A stretch of 64,000 nucleotides of DNA from Vulcanimicrobiota bacterium (GTDB taxonomy: Bacteria; Vulcanimicrobiota; Xenobia; Xenobiales; JADMJV01). Under the pieces are notes generated by a model. That model was not told the origin of the DNA, searched no databases, and saw nothing but the letters and a program-made list of their open reading frames with translations. Below are positions 45,987 to 54,851 of this stretch, in pieces (the first letter of the stretch is position 1; each line of letters begins with the position of its first letter). The position numbers were made by a program, and so were the translations under genes. Location of the stretch: positions 2,406,210 to 2,470,209 of the forward strand of contig JBFWNU010000001.1 in the NCBI GenBank assembly GCA_050250895.1. Direction: 5' to 3'.

Positions 45987-46105
45987 AGATGACTCCCCTC
46001 TGCAGGGCTCAGGTTAGCCTCCTCAGGTGAACATCATTTGACCAAAAAGTGAACGGCTCGCCGTTAATGCGCGAGGGCGGCCCGAAGGCCGCCCTCGCGA
46101 CTAGA

Positions 46106-46363
46106 CTAGAAGCCGCTATCCAGGTCGAAATCGGGGATGAGAAAGTGCCGGCTTCTCCTCTTCCTCTCGACCTTTTTGGTCTCTTGAGCCTCTTTAGCTT
46201 CTTGCTGCTCAGGCCGTTGGAGTTGTTCTTGGGGAACCTCTACGTCCGCCGTTTCGACCGTTTGGCGGGGTGGTTCCTGGGGCGTCTGCTGTTGGGGTTC
46301 GGCCCAGGCGGGGGTCGAGGCCAGCACGGCCAGAGCGAGCAGGGAGATCAGTTGTTTTTTCAT
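46106..46363 (-). CDS. small secreted Gln/Glu-rich protein
   Basis: Signal peptide MKKQLISLLALAVLASTPAWA; 85 aa. Its promoter region carries one arm of the inverted-repeat pair that flanks tetR. Confidence 0.4.
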   Translation of the reverse strand: MKKQLISLLALAVLASTPAWAEPQQQTPQEPPRQTVETADVEVPQEQLQRPEQQEAKEAQETKKVERKRRSRHFLIPDFDLDSGF

Positions 46364-46381
46364 GATAGTATCCTTTCTTTC

Positions 46382-46400
46382 TAGACCAGTCTGTATAATT
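46382..46400. promoter_or_regulatory. 19-bp element tagaccagtctgtataatt (candidate TetR operator 1, contains TGTATAAT)
   Basis: Inverted-repeat partner of 46987-47005 (18/19 match). Lies between the tetR stop and the small secreted gene's start. Confidence 0.45.
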
Positions 46401-46414
46401 TCGAGGCAAAAAAA

Positions 46415-46981
46415 TTACTCGCCTTTCAATAGCAAGGGTAGAGTGGAGCGCAGGCGCTGCAGGGGCTGGGTGTCGCGGTGGGCACGGCTCAGCAACATGG
46501 CGCCCTCGAAGGCCGTGAACATCAGGTTGGCCAGATTGGCGGCCTCGTCTTCACTGTAGCCTGCCTTGACCAGGTTGCTCGACAAGATCTTCTGAGCCCC
46601 TTCGAAGGCGCGACTACAGGCCGTTTGGACCGCCTCGGAAGTGGCCGCCACCTCGAGGGCCACCGTGGCCACGGGGCAACCACACTGGAAGTCCGAGGCT
46701 TCGAGCTCTTGAGCGGCCACCTCGAGGATCTTGTCGAGGGCCTGGCGGGGGCTCGAGGTCAGGTCGAAGGCCGACTGCAACCGCTTGCCGATGCCTTGCG
46801 AGGCCAGGGTGATAGCCTCGGCGGCCAGTTGTTCTTTGCCACCGGGGAAGTGGTAGTAGAGCGATCCCTTGGGAGCGTTGCTCTCGGCAATGATCTGATT
46901 GAGACCGGTGCCGTTGAACCCCTGCCTGCGGAGCAGGCGGGTGGTGGTCTCGAGCATTCTATCGCGGCTGTCGGTGGCCAT
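46415..46981 (-). CDS. TetR/AcrR-family transcriptional regulator
   Basis: N-terminal HTH RMLETTTRLLRRQGFNGTGLNQIIAESNAPKGSLYYHFPGGKEQL matches the TetR_N signature. Confidence 0.8.
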   Translation of the reverse strand: MATDSRDRMLETTTRLLRRQGFNGTGLNQIIAESNAPKGSLYYHFPGGKEQLAAEAITLASQGIGKRLQSAFDLTSSPRQALDKILEVAAQELEASDFQCGCPVATVALEVAATSEAVQTACSRAFEGAQKILSSNLVKAGYSEDEAANLANLMFTAFEGAMLLSRAHRDTQPLQRLRSTLPLLLKGE

Positions 46982-46986
46982 GACTG

Positions 46987-47005
46987 AATTATATAGACTG
47001 GTCTA
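46987..47005. promoter_or_regulatory. 19-bp element aattatatagactggtcta (candidate TetR operator 2), overlapping a -10-like TATATAAT 8 nt from the tetR ATG
   Basis: Reverse complement tagaccagtctatataatt matches 46382-46400. The -10-like hexamer ends 8 nt before the start codon, which suggests a leaderless transcript. Confidence 0.45.
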
Positions 47006-47019
47006 TTTTTTGTCAACCG

Positions 47020-47862
47020 TCATTTCGGGAACAATTGCTCGAGGTCGCCCTGCGGGTCGGGCCGCCACAGCCCGATGACCTGGCGGAGCAATTCGGGGTC
47101 CACCTGGGGCCGCATCGGCTTCCAGTCAGGATGGAGCACCAGCGTCTCGAGGGCGTGAAAGGCCAGACGCAGGCCGGGATGGTTGTCGGGATGGGCGGCG
47201 TTCTTCTTGCTGAAGGCCTTCAGGTCGCCGGTGTCGAGTTGGCTCAAGCCGGCCTCGAGCAAGGCGATCAGTCGAGGCATCTGGTCGGCGGGACAGTGCT
47301 GGCCCATCCCTGGGGGAAGCCCCCACAAGCAACCTGCGGCGGGGGGAAGTTGATGCAGACTGAGCGCCTCCCAACAAGCCCTGGCCAGCCCAACCTTGTC
47401 GAGTAGCAGGGGCAGAAAGACCCGCGCCCAGGCCATCACCAGGTTGTGCGAGCAGTCGTAGCGGTCGACCACTGGATCCTGGTCAAGCCAGCCTCGCACC
47501 AGTTCTTCGAGCAGGTCACCCTGAAGGGCGAACCAGCGTCGCACCGTGGCGTGACGGGACTCGGCCAGACAGTTCTCGAGCCCGTCGAGGAAGCGGATGT
47601 TGCGCGCGCATGGAGCTACTGAGGTGAACAGCCGGCGCATCCCGGATAGGCCACGCTCCGGGACGTTCAGGGTGAGGCAAAACCAGGAGGCGACCCAACC
47701 GAAGTGGGCTTCGGGGGCACGCTCGGCGAAATAGTCGAGAATGGCGCCCCAGAGTGCCTCGTCCGCGAGATGGCTATCCCGCCCCAGGCGAATCGCCGCC
47801 AGGCACTCTTCGGGGGAACCTTTTTCTAAAGCCAGGAGGGCCGATTCGGTGTCCACGGCAAA
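47020..47862 (-). CDS. hypothetical protein
   Basis: The 306-aa ORF is trimmed to an in-frame GTG downstream of the 47905-47930 terminator hairpin. Start uncertain. Confidence 0.45.
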   Translation of the reverse strand, partial: FAVDTESALLALEKGSPEECLAAIRLGRDSHLADEALWGAILDYFAERAPEAHFGWVASWFCLTLNVPERGLSGMRRLFTSVAPCARNIRFLDGLENCLAESRHATVRRWFALQGDLLEELVRGWLDQDPVVDRYDCSHNLVMAWARVFLPLLLDKVGLARACWEALSLHQLPPAAGCLWGLPPGMGQHCPADQMPRLIALLEAGLSQLDTGDLKAFSKKNAAHPDNHPGLRLAFHALETLVLHPDWKPMRPQVDPELLRQVIGLWRPDPQGDLEQLFPK

Positions 47863-47904
47863 GCGCTTCGACCCGCTCTTCCCGGGCGCTTGCCGGCAAA
47901 TAAA

Positions 47905-47936
47905 AAAAGCCCCCGGACTGGCCGGGGGCTCTTTTG
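47905..47936 (-). terminator. rho-independent terminator of the POT transporter gene
   Basis: Minus strand gcccccggccagtccgggggc followed by ttttttt. Confidence 0.65.
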
Positions 47937-47946
47937 GCAAGGTCGT

Positions 47947-49467
47947 CTACTCTTCGTCGGTGTTGAGGGTCAGGATCCACTTGCCGTAGAGGAAGATTCC
48001 CACGGCCGAGAGGATGCCGATGACACCCATGATATACCAGACCACGCCCACATTGTGGGTGTTGTAGAGCAGTTCGGTGAGCGCCTGGGGCGTCATGCCG
48101 GTGAACTCCACCAGTTTCTGGAAAGCCTCGCCCTGGGGGATGTTGGCGATGGCATCGAGGCTCATTCCCTTGTCGGCCAGCATCTCGCGAGCGAATTGCT
48201 CTTTCGAGGCGTATTGCTGATAGAGCCAGGGGCCGATCTTGCCTTCGAGCGTCCAGCCGATGGCCAGGGGAATCTGCGAGAAGCCGAGATACATCGCCTT
48301 TTTGTCATCGGGAGCGAAGTTGCCGATGAACTCGCTGAACTTGGGCGACGAGAGCATCTCGCCCACCGAGAAGATGGCGATGGCCATCAGGCTGAGCCAG
48401 CCCATCGCCGTGCAACCGGTGACGAACATCGCCAGCGAAGCCATCAGAGTGCCGATCACCATGCTGGTGGTAGCGCGCATCTTCGAGCTGAAGTAGGCGA
48501 ACAGGAAGCAGGTGATCATGATCAGGCCGGCATTCAGGTTGAGCATTCCCTCGGGGAGAATCTCGGTGCCGTCCTTGTTCATCACGATGAAGAACTGGGT
48601 GATGGGGTTCGAGGTGCCGCCGTGGCCGAAGAGCGTATTGACGATGTCGCGGGTGTTCACCCAGTCGTCGATATGCACAGGCAAGACGTCGAACAGAGCG
48701 TTGAACATGAACCAAAATCCCGAGAAGATGGCCAGATAGGTCCACACGTGGGGTTTCTTGAGTTCGGTCAACGACTCGGCAATCAGACTGCGCTCCTGGG
48801 GCTCGCCGGCTTTTTTCTCGGCGCCCGAAGCGGGCTCGGTATAAGTCAGCAGCAGCAGGAAGTTCAGGCAGATGATCACCGCGCAGGCATAGAAGACGTT
48901 GGCCCAGGCCAGTTTGCGCATCAGACCGGCGGTCAGGGGGCCGAGGAATCCGCCGATATTGACGGTCTGGTAGAAGATGCCCCAGGCCATCGAGCTATTC
49001 TGGCGGTTAGTGGCTTTGACCAGGGTGCCCTGGATGCCGGGCTTGAAGATGGCGGTGCCGGTGGCCAGCAGGATGGCGCCGGCGAAGAAGCCCCAGTAGG
49101 TGGGGAACCAGGCCATGGTCAAGTAGCCCATGATTTTGACGCAGGTGGAAGCGAAGATGGTTCGCTTGTAACCGTAGCGGTCAGCCAAGCCGCCGGTAGC
49201 CACCGGCACGATCGACTGGGTCAGGGCCCAAACCATCAAGATGGTTCCGAAGTCAGACATGGTGATGCCCAATCCGCCGGCCGAGGCCGGGGCTTTGGCA
49301 TAGAGAGCGGCGACAGCTTTGACGCCATAATAGGCCAGACGTTCCACCATTTCCATGGCGCCGCAGACCCAGAATACATAGCCAAGGCTCGCAATCGAGG
49401 CGAACAGGCCTAATTGCTCAACGTCAGCGAGGCTGTTGCTCCGCTGTTTCTCTTTGACTTGTGACAC
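47947..49467 (-). CDS. POT/PTR2-family proton-dependent oligopeptide transporter (MFS)
   Basis: MEMVERLAYYG matches the PTR2 signature ExxERFxYYG. 12 or more TM helices; 506 aa. Confidence 0.8.
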   Translation of the reverse strand: MSQVKEKQRSNSLADVEQLGLFASIASLGYVFWVCGAMEMVERLAYYGVKAVAALYAKAPASAGGLGITMSDFGTILMVWALTQSIVPVATGGLADRYGYKRTIFASTCVKIMGYLTMAWFPTYWGFFAGAILLATGTAIFKPGIQGTLVKATNRQNSSMAWGIFYQTVNIGGFLGPLTAGLMRKLAWANVFYACAVIICLNFLLLLTYTEPASGAEKKAGEPQERSLIAESLTELKKPHVWTYLAIFSGFWFMFNALFDVLPVHIDDWVNTRDIVNTLFGHGGTSNPITQFFIVMNKDGTEILPEGMLNLNAGLIMITCFLFAYFSSKMRATTSMVIGTLMASLAMFVTGCTAMGWLSLMAIAIFSVGEMLSSPKFSEFIGNFAPDDKKAMYLGFSQIPLAIGWTLEGKIGPWLYQQYASKEQFAREMLADKGMSLDAIANIPQGEAFQKLVEFTGMTPQALTELLYNTHNVGVVWYIMGVIGILSAVGIFLYGKWILTLNTDEE

Positions 49468-49806
49468 TCGTCAACTCCCATTCTTGCCCGCAGGGGCTGA
49501 TGTTGGCGTAGTTATAAAAAGGTGCAGTCGACCCCGCCTGGAGTTGGAAGCAAACGGCGGGGTCGACCAGGATCGGGAAACGCCGTGCACGTCTGCACGA
49601 CGATTCCGTCACCAGGGCGCGCCGAACCAGAGGCAAGAGTCAAAGGAGTTTGGAAGCAAGCAAGCCTCCCGCCCCCGCGGCGCTGTAGCAGCAGAATTAG
49701 TAACCGTTGCGGCTGCATCGTATCCTTTCAAATGGTCATGGATGTTGCCGGCTTGTTACATGGATTGCACGCAGGGCCTGCCCGTGCCCGCGCGAAGGAA
49801 ATCGGC

Positions 49807-50199
49807 GTGGCTACTCTATTTACACGGATTATCAACGGCGAGATACCGGGCCGTTTTGTGCATCGCGACGAGCATTGCGTCGCTTTTCTCTCGATTCATC
49901 CCCTGAGCCCCGGGCATACCCTGGTGGTGCCCATCGAAGAGGTCGACCACTGGCTCGACCTGTCGGCCGAGCTGACTGCTCACTTGATGGAGGTGGCCCG
50001 CCGCATCGGCCGGGCCCAGCAGAAGGCCTTCAACCCTGTGAAGGTGGGCCTGATGGTGGCCGGGCTCGAGGTTCCCCACGTTCACATTCATGTGGTGCCC
50101 ATTCGCAGCGAGGGCGATCTCGATTTCAAGAATGCCGACACGGGGGCCAGCGGCCACGACCTCGAGGTCGCCGCCGGCAAACTGAGAGACGCGCTTTAG
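49807..50199 (+). CDS. HIT-family (histidine triad) protein
   Basis: GTG start 7 nt after AAGGA. HVHIHVVP (HxHxHxx) triad; LFTRIINGEIP N-terminal motif. Confidence 0.7.
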   Translation: MATLFTRIINGEIPGRFVHRDEHCVAFLSIHPLSPGHTLVVPIEEVDHWLDLSAELTAHLMEVARRIGRAQQKAFNPVKVGLMVAGLEVPHVHIHVVPIRSEGDLDFKNADTGASGHDLEVAAGKLRDAL

Positions 50200-50939
50200 T
50201 AAGAATCGCGGGCTGGAGCGAACGGGGCCGTAAAGAAGTTGAGAAAGTCCGGGATGCGGCGCGACCAGGTGCTCTCGTGGTGCGAGCCCTTGTGCAGGCG
50301 CAGGCGCATTTCGGTTCCTCGGGCCTTGAGTTGGCGGGCGAATTCGGCCGTTTGGGGGCGAAACTCGCGATCCAGGCCCTGGTCGCCGCAGGAAAGATAG
50401 TGGCGGAAGGGCGGCTTTTCGGGAAATCGCTCCAGCAACTCGTCATAATAGTGGCGACCGGCCGAGAAGCTGCCGATCGTGGAGAATACTTTGGGACGGG
50501 ACCAACCGGTATAGAGCGCGGCCACGCCTCCGGCGCTGGCCCCGGCCAGCGCGCGGCGCTTGCCGGTGCGATAGACATCCTGAATGTAAGGAACGACCGT
50601 GTCGACCAGATAGTCGGCGTGGCGTTCGGCCACCGGATCGGTGTGGCCGTCTTCCTGGCTCCAGCCAATGTATTCGGGATAACGGCGCGAGCTATTCGAG
50701 ACCCCCACCAGCAGACACTTGACCGGGCAACGATCGGCCGCCCGCTCGGCTCGCCAACCCCGCTCGCCAAAAGCGTTCTGGCCATCGAGAAACAACACCA
50801 CCGGGCCGCCCCGGCGAAAACCGGCCGGGCGATAGACCCAGAGGCGGCGGCGTAAGACTCCGGTGGGACCATCTTCGAACCCGAAATGGGTCTCGAGCGT
50901 GCCTTCTCCCGGGCAGTCGAGGGTCTTTACTGAGAGCAT
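50196..50939 (-). CDS. esterase / alpha/beta-hydrolase (putative esterase family PF00756-like)
   Basis: Internal Met MLSVKTLD. GASAGG nucleophile elbow. The stop codon overlaps the HIT stop on the opposite strand (tttag). Confidence 0.65.
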   Translation of the reverse strand: MLSVKTLDCPGEGTLETHFGFEDGPTGVLRRRLWVYRPAGFRRGGPVVLFLDGQNAFGERGWRAERAADRCPVKCLLVGVSNSSRRYPEYIGWSQEDGHTDPVAERHADYLVDTVVPYIQDVYRTGKRRALAGASAGGVAALYTGWSRPKVFSTIGSFSAGRHYYDELLERFPEKPPFRHYLSCGDQGLDREFRPQTAEFARQLKARGTEMRLRLHKGSHHESTWSRRIPDFLNFFTAPFAPARDSY

Positions 50940-50969
50940 CTTTTTCCTTGTTCGCGCCCTTCCAGGGGA

Positions 50970-51875
50970 ATGCCCGCCCGGGGTGAAGTGCCCCGGGTGG
51001 TCGGCGAATTGCGAAAGTTTCTCGAGACGCGCCTGGAAAAACCTTTTCACTTGCGTTATTTGGACCGGGGAGTGTATAACCTGGCCTTTCGCCTGGCCGG
51101 TCGTGGAATCATTCGCTGGCGCCAGTCGGCCCCAGCTGGCCAAACTTGTCTAGAGGTCTATGGCCGCGAGGTCGAACTCCATCGTTTTCTGGCCGGTACC
51201 GGCATCACGGCTGAACTGCTCGATTGCTGGCCGGAAGGGCCGGCCTTGTTGCTCGAGCCATTGCGCGGGCGTACCCTCAGCTATACGCCAGCCCGCCTGG
51301 GCGCGGCCGCCCGCCTCTACCGACGACTGCACGACCTCGAGGGGCCTTTCCCGGCGAGCCTTCCCCGGCAACCCAACCCGGTCCAGGCTTTTCTAGCCGA
51401 AAGCCGCGGCTATCTCTCGCACTATCGTGCTTGGGCCGGAGCCAACCCGCGGGTGGTCGACCTCTTGCAGGCCAGCACCCGGCGACTCGAGAGCCACGGG
51501 TTCACAGTGGCCCGACCGTGCCTGACCCACGGTGACGCCAGTCCCCGCAACTGGCGTTTTCAGCAGGGTCGGGCCTGCTTGCTCGACTGGGATTGGTGTC
51601 TGGTGACCACGGCCGCCGCCGACATGGCTCACCTCTTCTGTCCCCTAACCGTGCGCCGGCAGCGCTCCCAGCCGCTCAAGGCCGAGCAAGAGGCGGTCTT
51701 TTGGCAGACCTATCAGCCCGAGGCCCGGCTGCTCGAGGAATACCGCCGCTTTCTGCCGGTCACGACCCTGCGAACGGCCTGCTGGGTGGCGGCCCGGGTG
51801 GCCGAACTCGACGGGGGCGGCTCGGCCTGTCTGCACGCCCAGCTCGAGCCTGACTTTCTCGAGGCCGTGCTGTGA
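50970..51875 (+). CDS. phosphotransferase-enzyme-family kinase (APH/choline-kinase-like)
   Basis: LTHGDASPRNW (Brenner HGDxxxxN) and LLDWDW (xIDWE-like). Confidence 0.6.
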   Translation: MPARGEVPRVVGELRKFLETRLEKPFHLRYLDRGVYNLAFRLAGRGIIRWRQSAPAGQTCLEVYGREVELHRFLAGTGITAELLDCWPEGPALLLEPLRGRTLSYTPARLGAAARLYRRLHDLEGPFPASLPRQPNPVQAFLAESRGYLSHYRAWAGANPRVVDLLQASTRRLESHGFTVARPCLTHGDASPRNWRFQQGRACLLDWDWCLVTTAAADMAHLFCPLTVRRQRSQPLKAEQEAVFWQTYQPEARLLEEYRRFLPVTTLRTACWVAARVAELDGGGSACLHAQLEPDFLEAVL

Positions 51876-52738
51876 AGCTGCCCTATCCCCCTCGGCGCCA
51901 GGATCCGATTTATCCTTACTTTCCCCCTCGCCCGTCGTCGGGACGGTTCGCCGGCATGGCTCCCGATGGGCGTCTGCCCGAGCTTCATCTTTACGACGGC
52001 TCGCGCTGCAACCGCAGCTGCGGCTTCTGCGTGGTGGCCGGCAGCCCCCGAGGCTGGCATCGGCCCTACTGCCGCGAGACCCTCGATTTCGCCCTGGAGC
52101 TGGTCACCCCCGGCGGCTTGCTCAAGTTCTACGGAGGCGAGCCCACCCTGCACCCCGACAATCTGCTCGAGGCCGTCGTCTATCTGCGTCAGGGAGGATT
52201 CGAGGGCTCTTTTCGCATCTATACCAATGGGGTGCGCGCCCGCCACTTGATCGCGATTTTGGAGGCCGTGCCCGAGATGGATGCCGTGCTCAACTACTCC
52301 ATCCTGCATGGTCGAGGCGTGCCTCCTATACCCGAGCCGGCCATGCAGCGGCTCTATGAGTATCCGGCCGGACGCATCTTCTCGGGCCATGCCGATCTGG
52401 TCGAGGTGGGCAACCCCGAGGCGCTACCGGGCGGGGTGGGCGACTTTGGCGGCGGGTGCGCCCAGTGCCATCCGGTCCTGCGGACTGACCAGCGCTTGCA
52501 CGGCTGCCCTTTTGCCGTCGAGATCGAGGCTCCGGTCTTCGAACTAGGCCGTCCGGGGGATGCCACTACCATGGTGATCGAGCGCTATCGGCGGCTGCTG
52601 CGCTGGCAGGTCGAAGTGCTCGAGCCTGAGGCAAAGCGGCGGGGCTTGCATCCTTGCCAGGTCTGCGATCGCCATCTCGACCAACTGCCTGGGAGGCAGG
52701 GGGGGCCACCGGCGACCACAAAAGGCCTCCCTCGATGA
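51872..52738 (+). CDS. radical SAM domain protein with additional C-terminal Cys cluster
   Basis: CNRSCGFC (CxxxCxxC), KFYGGEPTLHP (GGEP SAM motif). C-terminal GGGCAQCHP...HGCPF. GTGA overlap upstream and ATGA overlap downstream. Confidence 0.6.
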   Translation: MKLPYPPRRQDPIYPYFPPRPSSGRFAGMAPDGRLPELHLYDGSRCNRSCGFCVVAGSPRGWHRPYCRETLDFALELVTPGGLLKFYGGEPTLHPDNLLEAVVYLRQGGFEGSFRIYTNGVRARHLIAILEAVPEMDAVLNYSILHGRGVPPIPEPAMQRLYEYPAGRIFSGHADLVEVGNPEALPGGVGDFGGGCAQCHPVLRTDQRLHGCPFAVEIEAPVFELGRPGDATTMVIERYRRLLRWQVEVLEPEAKRRGLHPCQVCDRHLDQLPGRQGGPPATTKGLPR

Positions 52739-54111
52739 CCACCTCCCCGCGCACCCTCATCGACGAGGCAGAACGCCGTGAAGGGCTGGTCGAGGAGCTG
52801 CTCGAGTTGGCCGAAGAGCAGCAACTCGAGCAGGTGGTTACCCGTTTGCGCACGCTGCACCCGGCCGATCAGGCCGAGATCCTCGAAGAGTTCTCGAGCG
52901 AGGTCAGCTACCGGCTGCTCAAAGACTATCCCGACGAAGAGATCGCCGAGATCCTCGAGTTTCTTTCTGAGAACGCTCGGACCGGCTTTGTCAGCCACCT
53001 CGACCCGGCCGTGACGGCCCGCATCCTGGTTTTTGTCGACGACGATCTGGCCGCCGACCTGGTCGAAGAGTTGCCCGACGAGCAGGTCGAGGCCCTCCTG
53101 AACATGCTCGATGACCCCACCGGCATCAAAGAACTGCTGGAACTGCCCGAAGAATCGGCCGGTCGCTGGATGTCGCCGGATGTCATCGCTCTGCAAGAAG
53201 ACTGGACGGTGCAGCAGGCCTTCGAGCATCTGCGCAAGGAGTCGCCCGACGCCGACCAGCCCTTCTATCTCTACACCGTCGACCGCGAGGGTCGCCTGAT
53301 GGGGGTGGTCGACCTGCGCCGGTTGATCACCGCTCCGCCCGATGCTCCTTTGATGAGCATCACCATCAAGGAGGTGCTCAGCGTGCCCGTCGAGATGGAC
53401 CAGGAAGCTGCGGCTGAACGGCTTCGCTATTATGACTTGCTGGCCTTGCCGGTGGTCAATAACGAAGGCCACCTGATGGGTGTGTTGACGGCCGACGACG
53501 TGCTCGACGTGCAGGTCGAAGAGGCCACCGAGGATATCTATCTGCAGGTGGGTCTCGACGCCGAATCCTCGGCTTTGAGCACGGTGGGCCGAACCCTACG
53601 AAGGCGGGCCCCCTGGCTTTTGATCAACCTGCTGATCGGCTTCTTCTCGGCCCTCATCGTCAGTTCGTTCGAAGGCACCATCTCGAAAGTGGCCGCCCTG
53701 GCGGCCTTCATGCCGATTATCGCCGGCCACGGGGGCAATACCGGCTGCCAGACCACCACCCTGGTGGTGCGCGGTCTGGCCCTGGGCGAAATCTACAAGC
53801 GTGACGTGAGTCGCCTGGTGGCCAAAGAGCTGGGCTTTGGCATCATTTATGGCCTGCTGGCCGGGGTGCTGACGGGCGGGCTGGCCTTTATCCTCACGCA
53901 CAATCATTGGCTGGCGGGAGTGGTATTTTTTGCCATGGTGGGCAATATCGTGGTGGCGGGATTGGCGGGCTCGCTCATTCCGCTGGGCCTGCGCGCCCTC
54001 AAGATCGACCCGGCCCTGGCCTCGACGGTCTGGCTGACGACCTTTACCGACTGGGTGGGATTCTTTCTGTTGCTGGGCCTGGGCACGTATTTGATAGGCC
54101 ATTTGACCTGA
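52735..54111 (+). CDS. mgtE: magnesium transporter MgtE
   Basis: MgtE_N acidic helical domain, CBS pair, and C-terminal TM domain with GHGGNTGCQTTTLVVRG. Confidence 0.85.
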   Translation: MTTSPRTLIDEAERREGLVEELLELAEEQQLEQVVTRLRTLHPADQAEILEEFSSEVSYRLLKDYPDEEIAEILEFLSENARTGFVSHLDPAVTARILVFVDDDLAADLVEELPDEQVEALLNMLDDPTGIKELLELPEESAGRWMSPDVIALQEDWTVQQAFEHLRKESPDADQPFYLYTVDREGRLMGVVDLRRLITAPPDAPLMSITIKEVLSVPVEMDQEAAAERLRYYDLLALPVVNNEGHLMGVLTADDVLDVQVEEATEDIYLQVGLDAESSALSTVGRTLRRRAPWLLINLLIGFFSALIVSSFEGTISKVAALAAFMPIIAGHGGNTGCQTTTLVVRGLALGEIYKRDVSRLVAKELGFGIIYGLLAGVLTGGLAFILTHNHWLAGVVFFAMVGNIVVAGLAGSLIPLGLRALKIDPALASTVWLTTFTDWVGFFLLLGLGTYLIGHLT

Positions 54112-54282
54112 TGGAGCCATCTGTCGCACAATTTTAACATCATGGTTTCTTCCCCCCGGTTAGCAGGGAAGAACGTTCAATGAGGTCGTTGGTTGGTGGG
54201 TTGTTTGCAAACCCAAACAACCGAAAAGAAGGGAAGTCGCAAGACAACTCTAACATGACGACGCTTCTAAGGAGGATTGGGA

Positions 54283-54462
54283 GTGGGTTTTGAACTTGTG
54301 ATTGGGTTGGCCGCGAAGCTGATGTGCCTGGCGCTGGTTTTCGGTTGCCTGTCGCTTTGCACCGAGCGTCTCTTTGGCGCCGTGGCCACTCGCTCCAGCG
54401 ATCGTGAACCTGAGCGCGCCGAGCAGCCGGTTCGGCGGCAGCCCCAGCGGCGGTCTGCGTAG
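54283..54462 (+). CDS. small hydrophobic Cys-containing peptide (59 aa), hypothetical
   Basis: GTG 7 nt after AAGGAGG. Product VGFELVIGLAAKLMCLALVFGCLSLCTERLFG..., then a charged tail. Confidence 0.3.
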   Translation: MGFELVIGLAAKLMCLALVFGCLSLCTERLFGAVATRSSDREPERAEQPVRRQPQRRSA

Positions 54463-54492
54463 AGAAGCCTGAAATTCATCCGGGGGTCCGCC

Positions 54493-54849
54493 ATGGCGAC
54501 GTCTAAACAAACCAACAAGAGCACGGCCAAGACTGCTCGTAAGAACGCTAAGCCGTCGTCCAAGACCAAGACGACCAAAAAAGCGCCCGCGGCCGACAAC
54601 GAACTCGAACGCGTCCGAGCCGAGGCCCATCAGCTAGAGTCGTTGCTCGAAGAAGAGATTCTGCGGGACGCCGTGATGACCGCCCGGGTCGCCCTCGAAC
54701 AACTCAAGGCCGACACTCATGGGCCGCCGTTCGAGCGTCGCCGCGGCATTCGACTGCGCGATAAGGCCCTCAAAGTCGAACGGGCTTTCAACCGGTTGCG
54801 TGCTCTGCGCCGGGGCGAAATGCTGCCGGAGCGGCATCCCGAAGACTAG
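54493..54849 (+). CDS. small basic protein, hypothetical
   Basis: 118 aa; Lys/Thr-rich N-terminus (KSTAKTARKNAKPSSKTKTTKKAP) then a helical region. Confidence 0.45.
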   Translation: MATSKQTNKSTAKTARKNAKPSSKTKTTKKAPAADNELERVRAEAHQLESLLEEEILRDAVMTARVALEQLKADTHGPPFERRRGIRLRDKALKVERAFNRLRALRRGEMLPERHPED

Positions 54850-54851
54850 GC

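Noticed and set aside
47862-47940. ATG at 47940 as start of the 306-aa minus-strand ORF
   Set aside because: The first ~12 codons would span the strong terminator hairpin (47905-47936) of the upstream POT gene; an internal GTG is more plausible.
52600-52740. M-box (ykoK) Mg riboswitch upstream of mgtE
   Set aside because: mgtE start overlaps the upstream rSAM gene by 4 nt, so there is no leader in which a riboswitch could sit.
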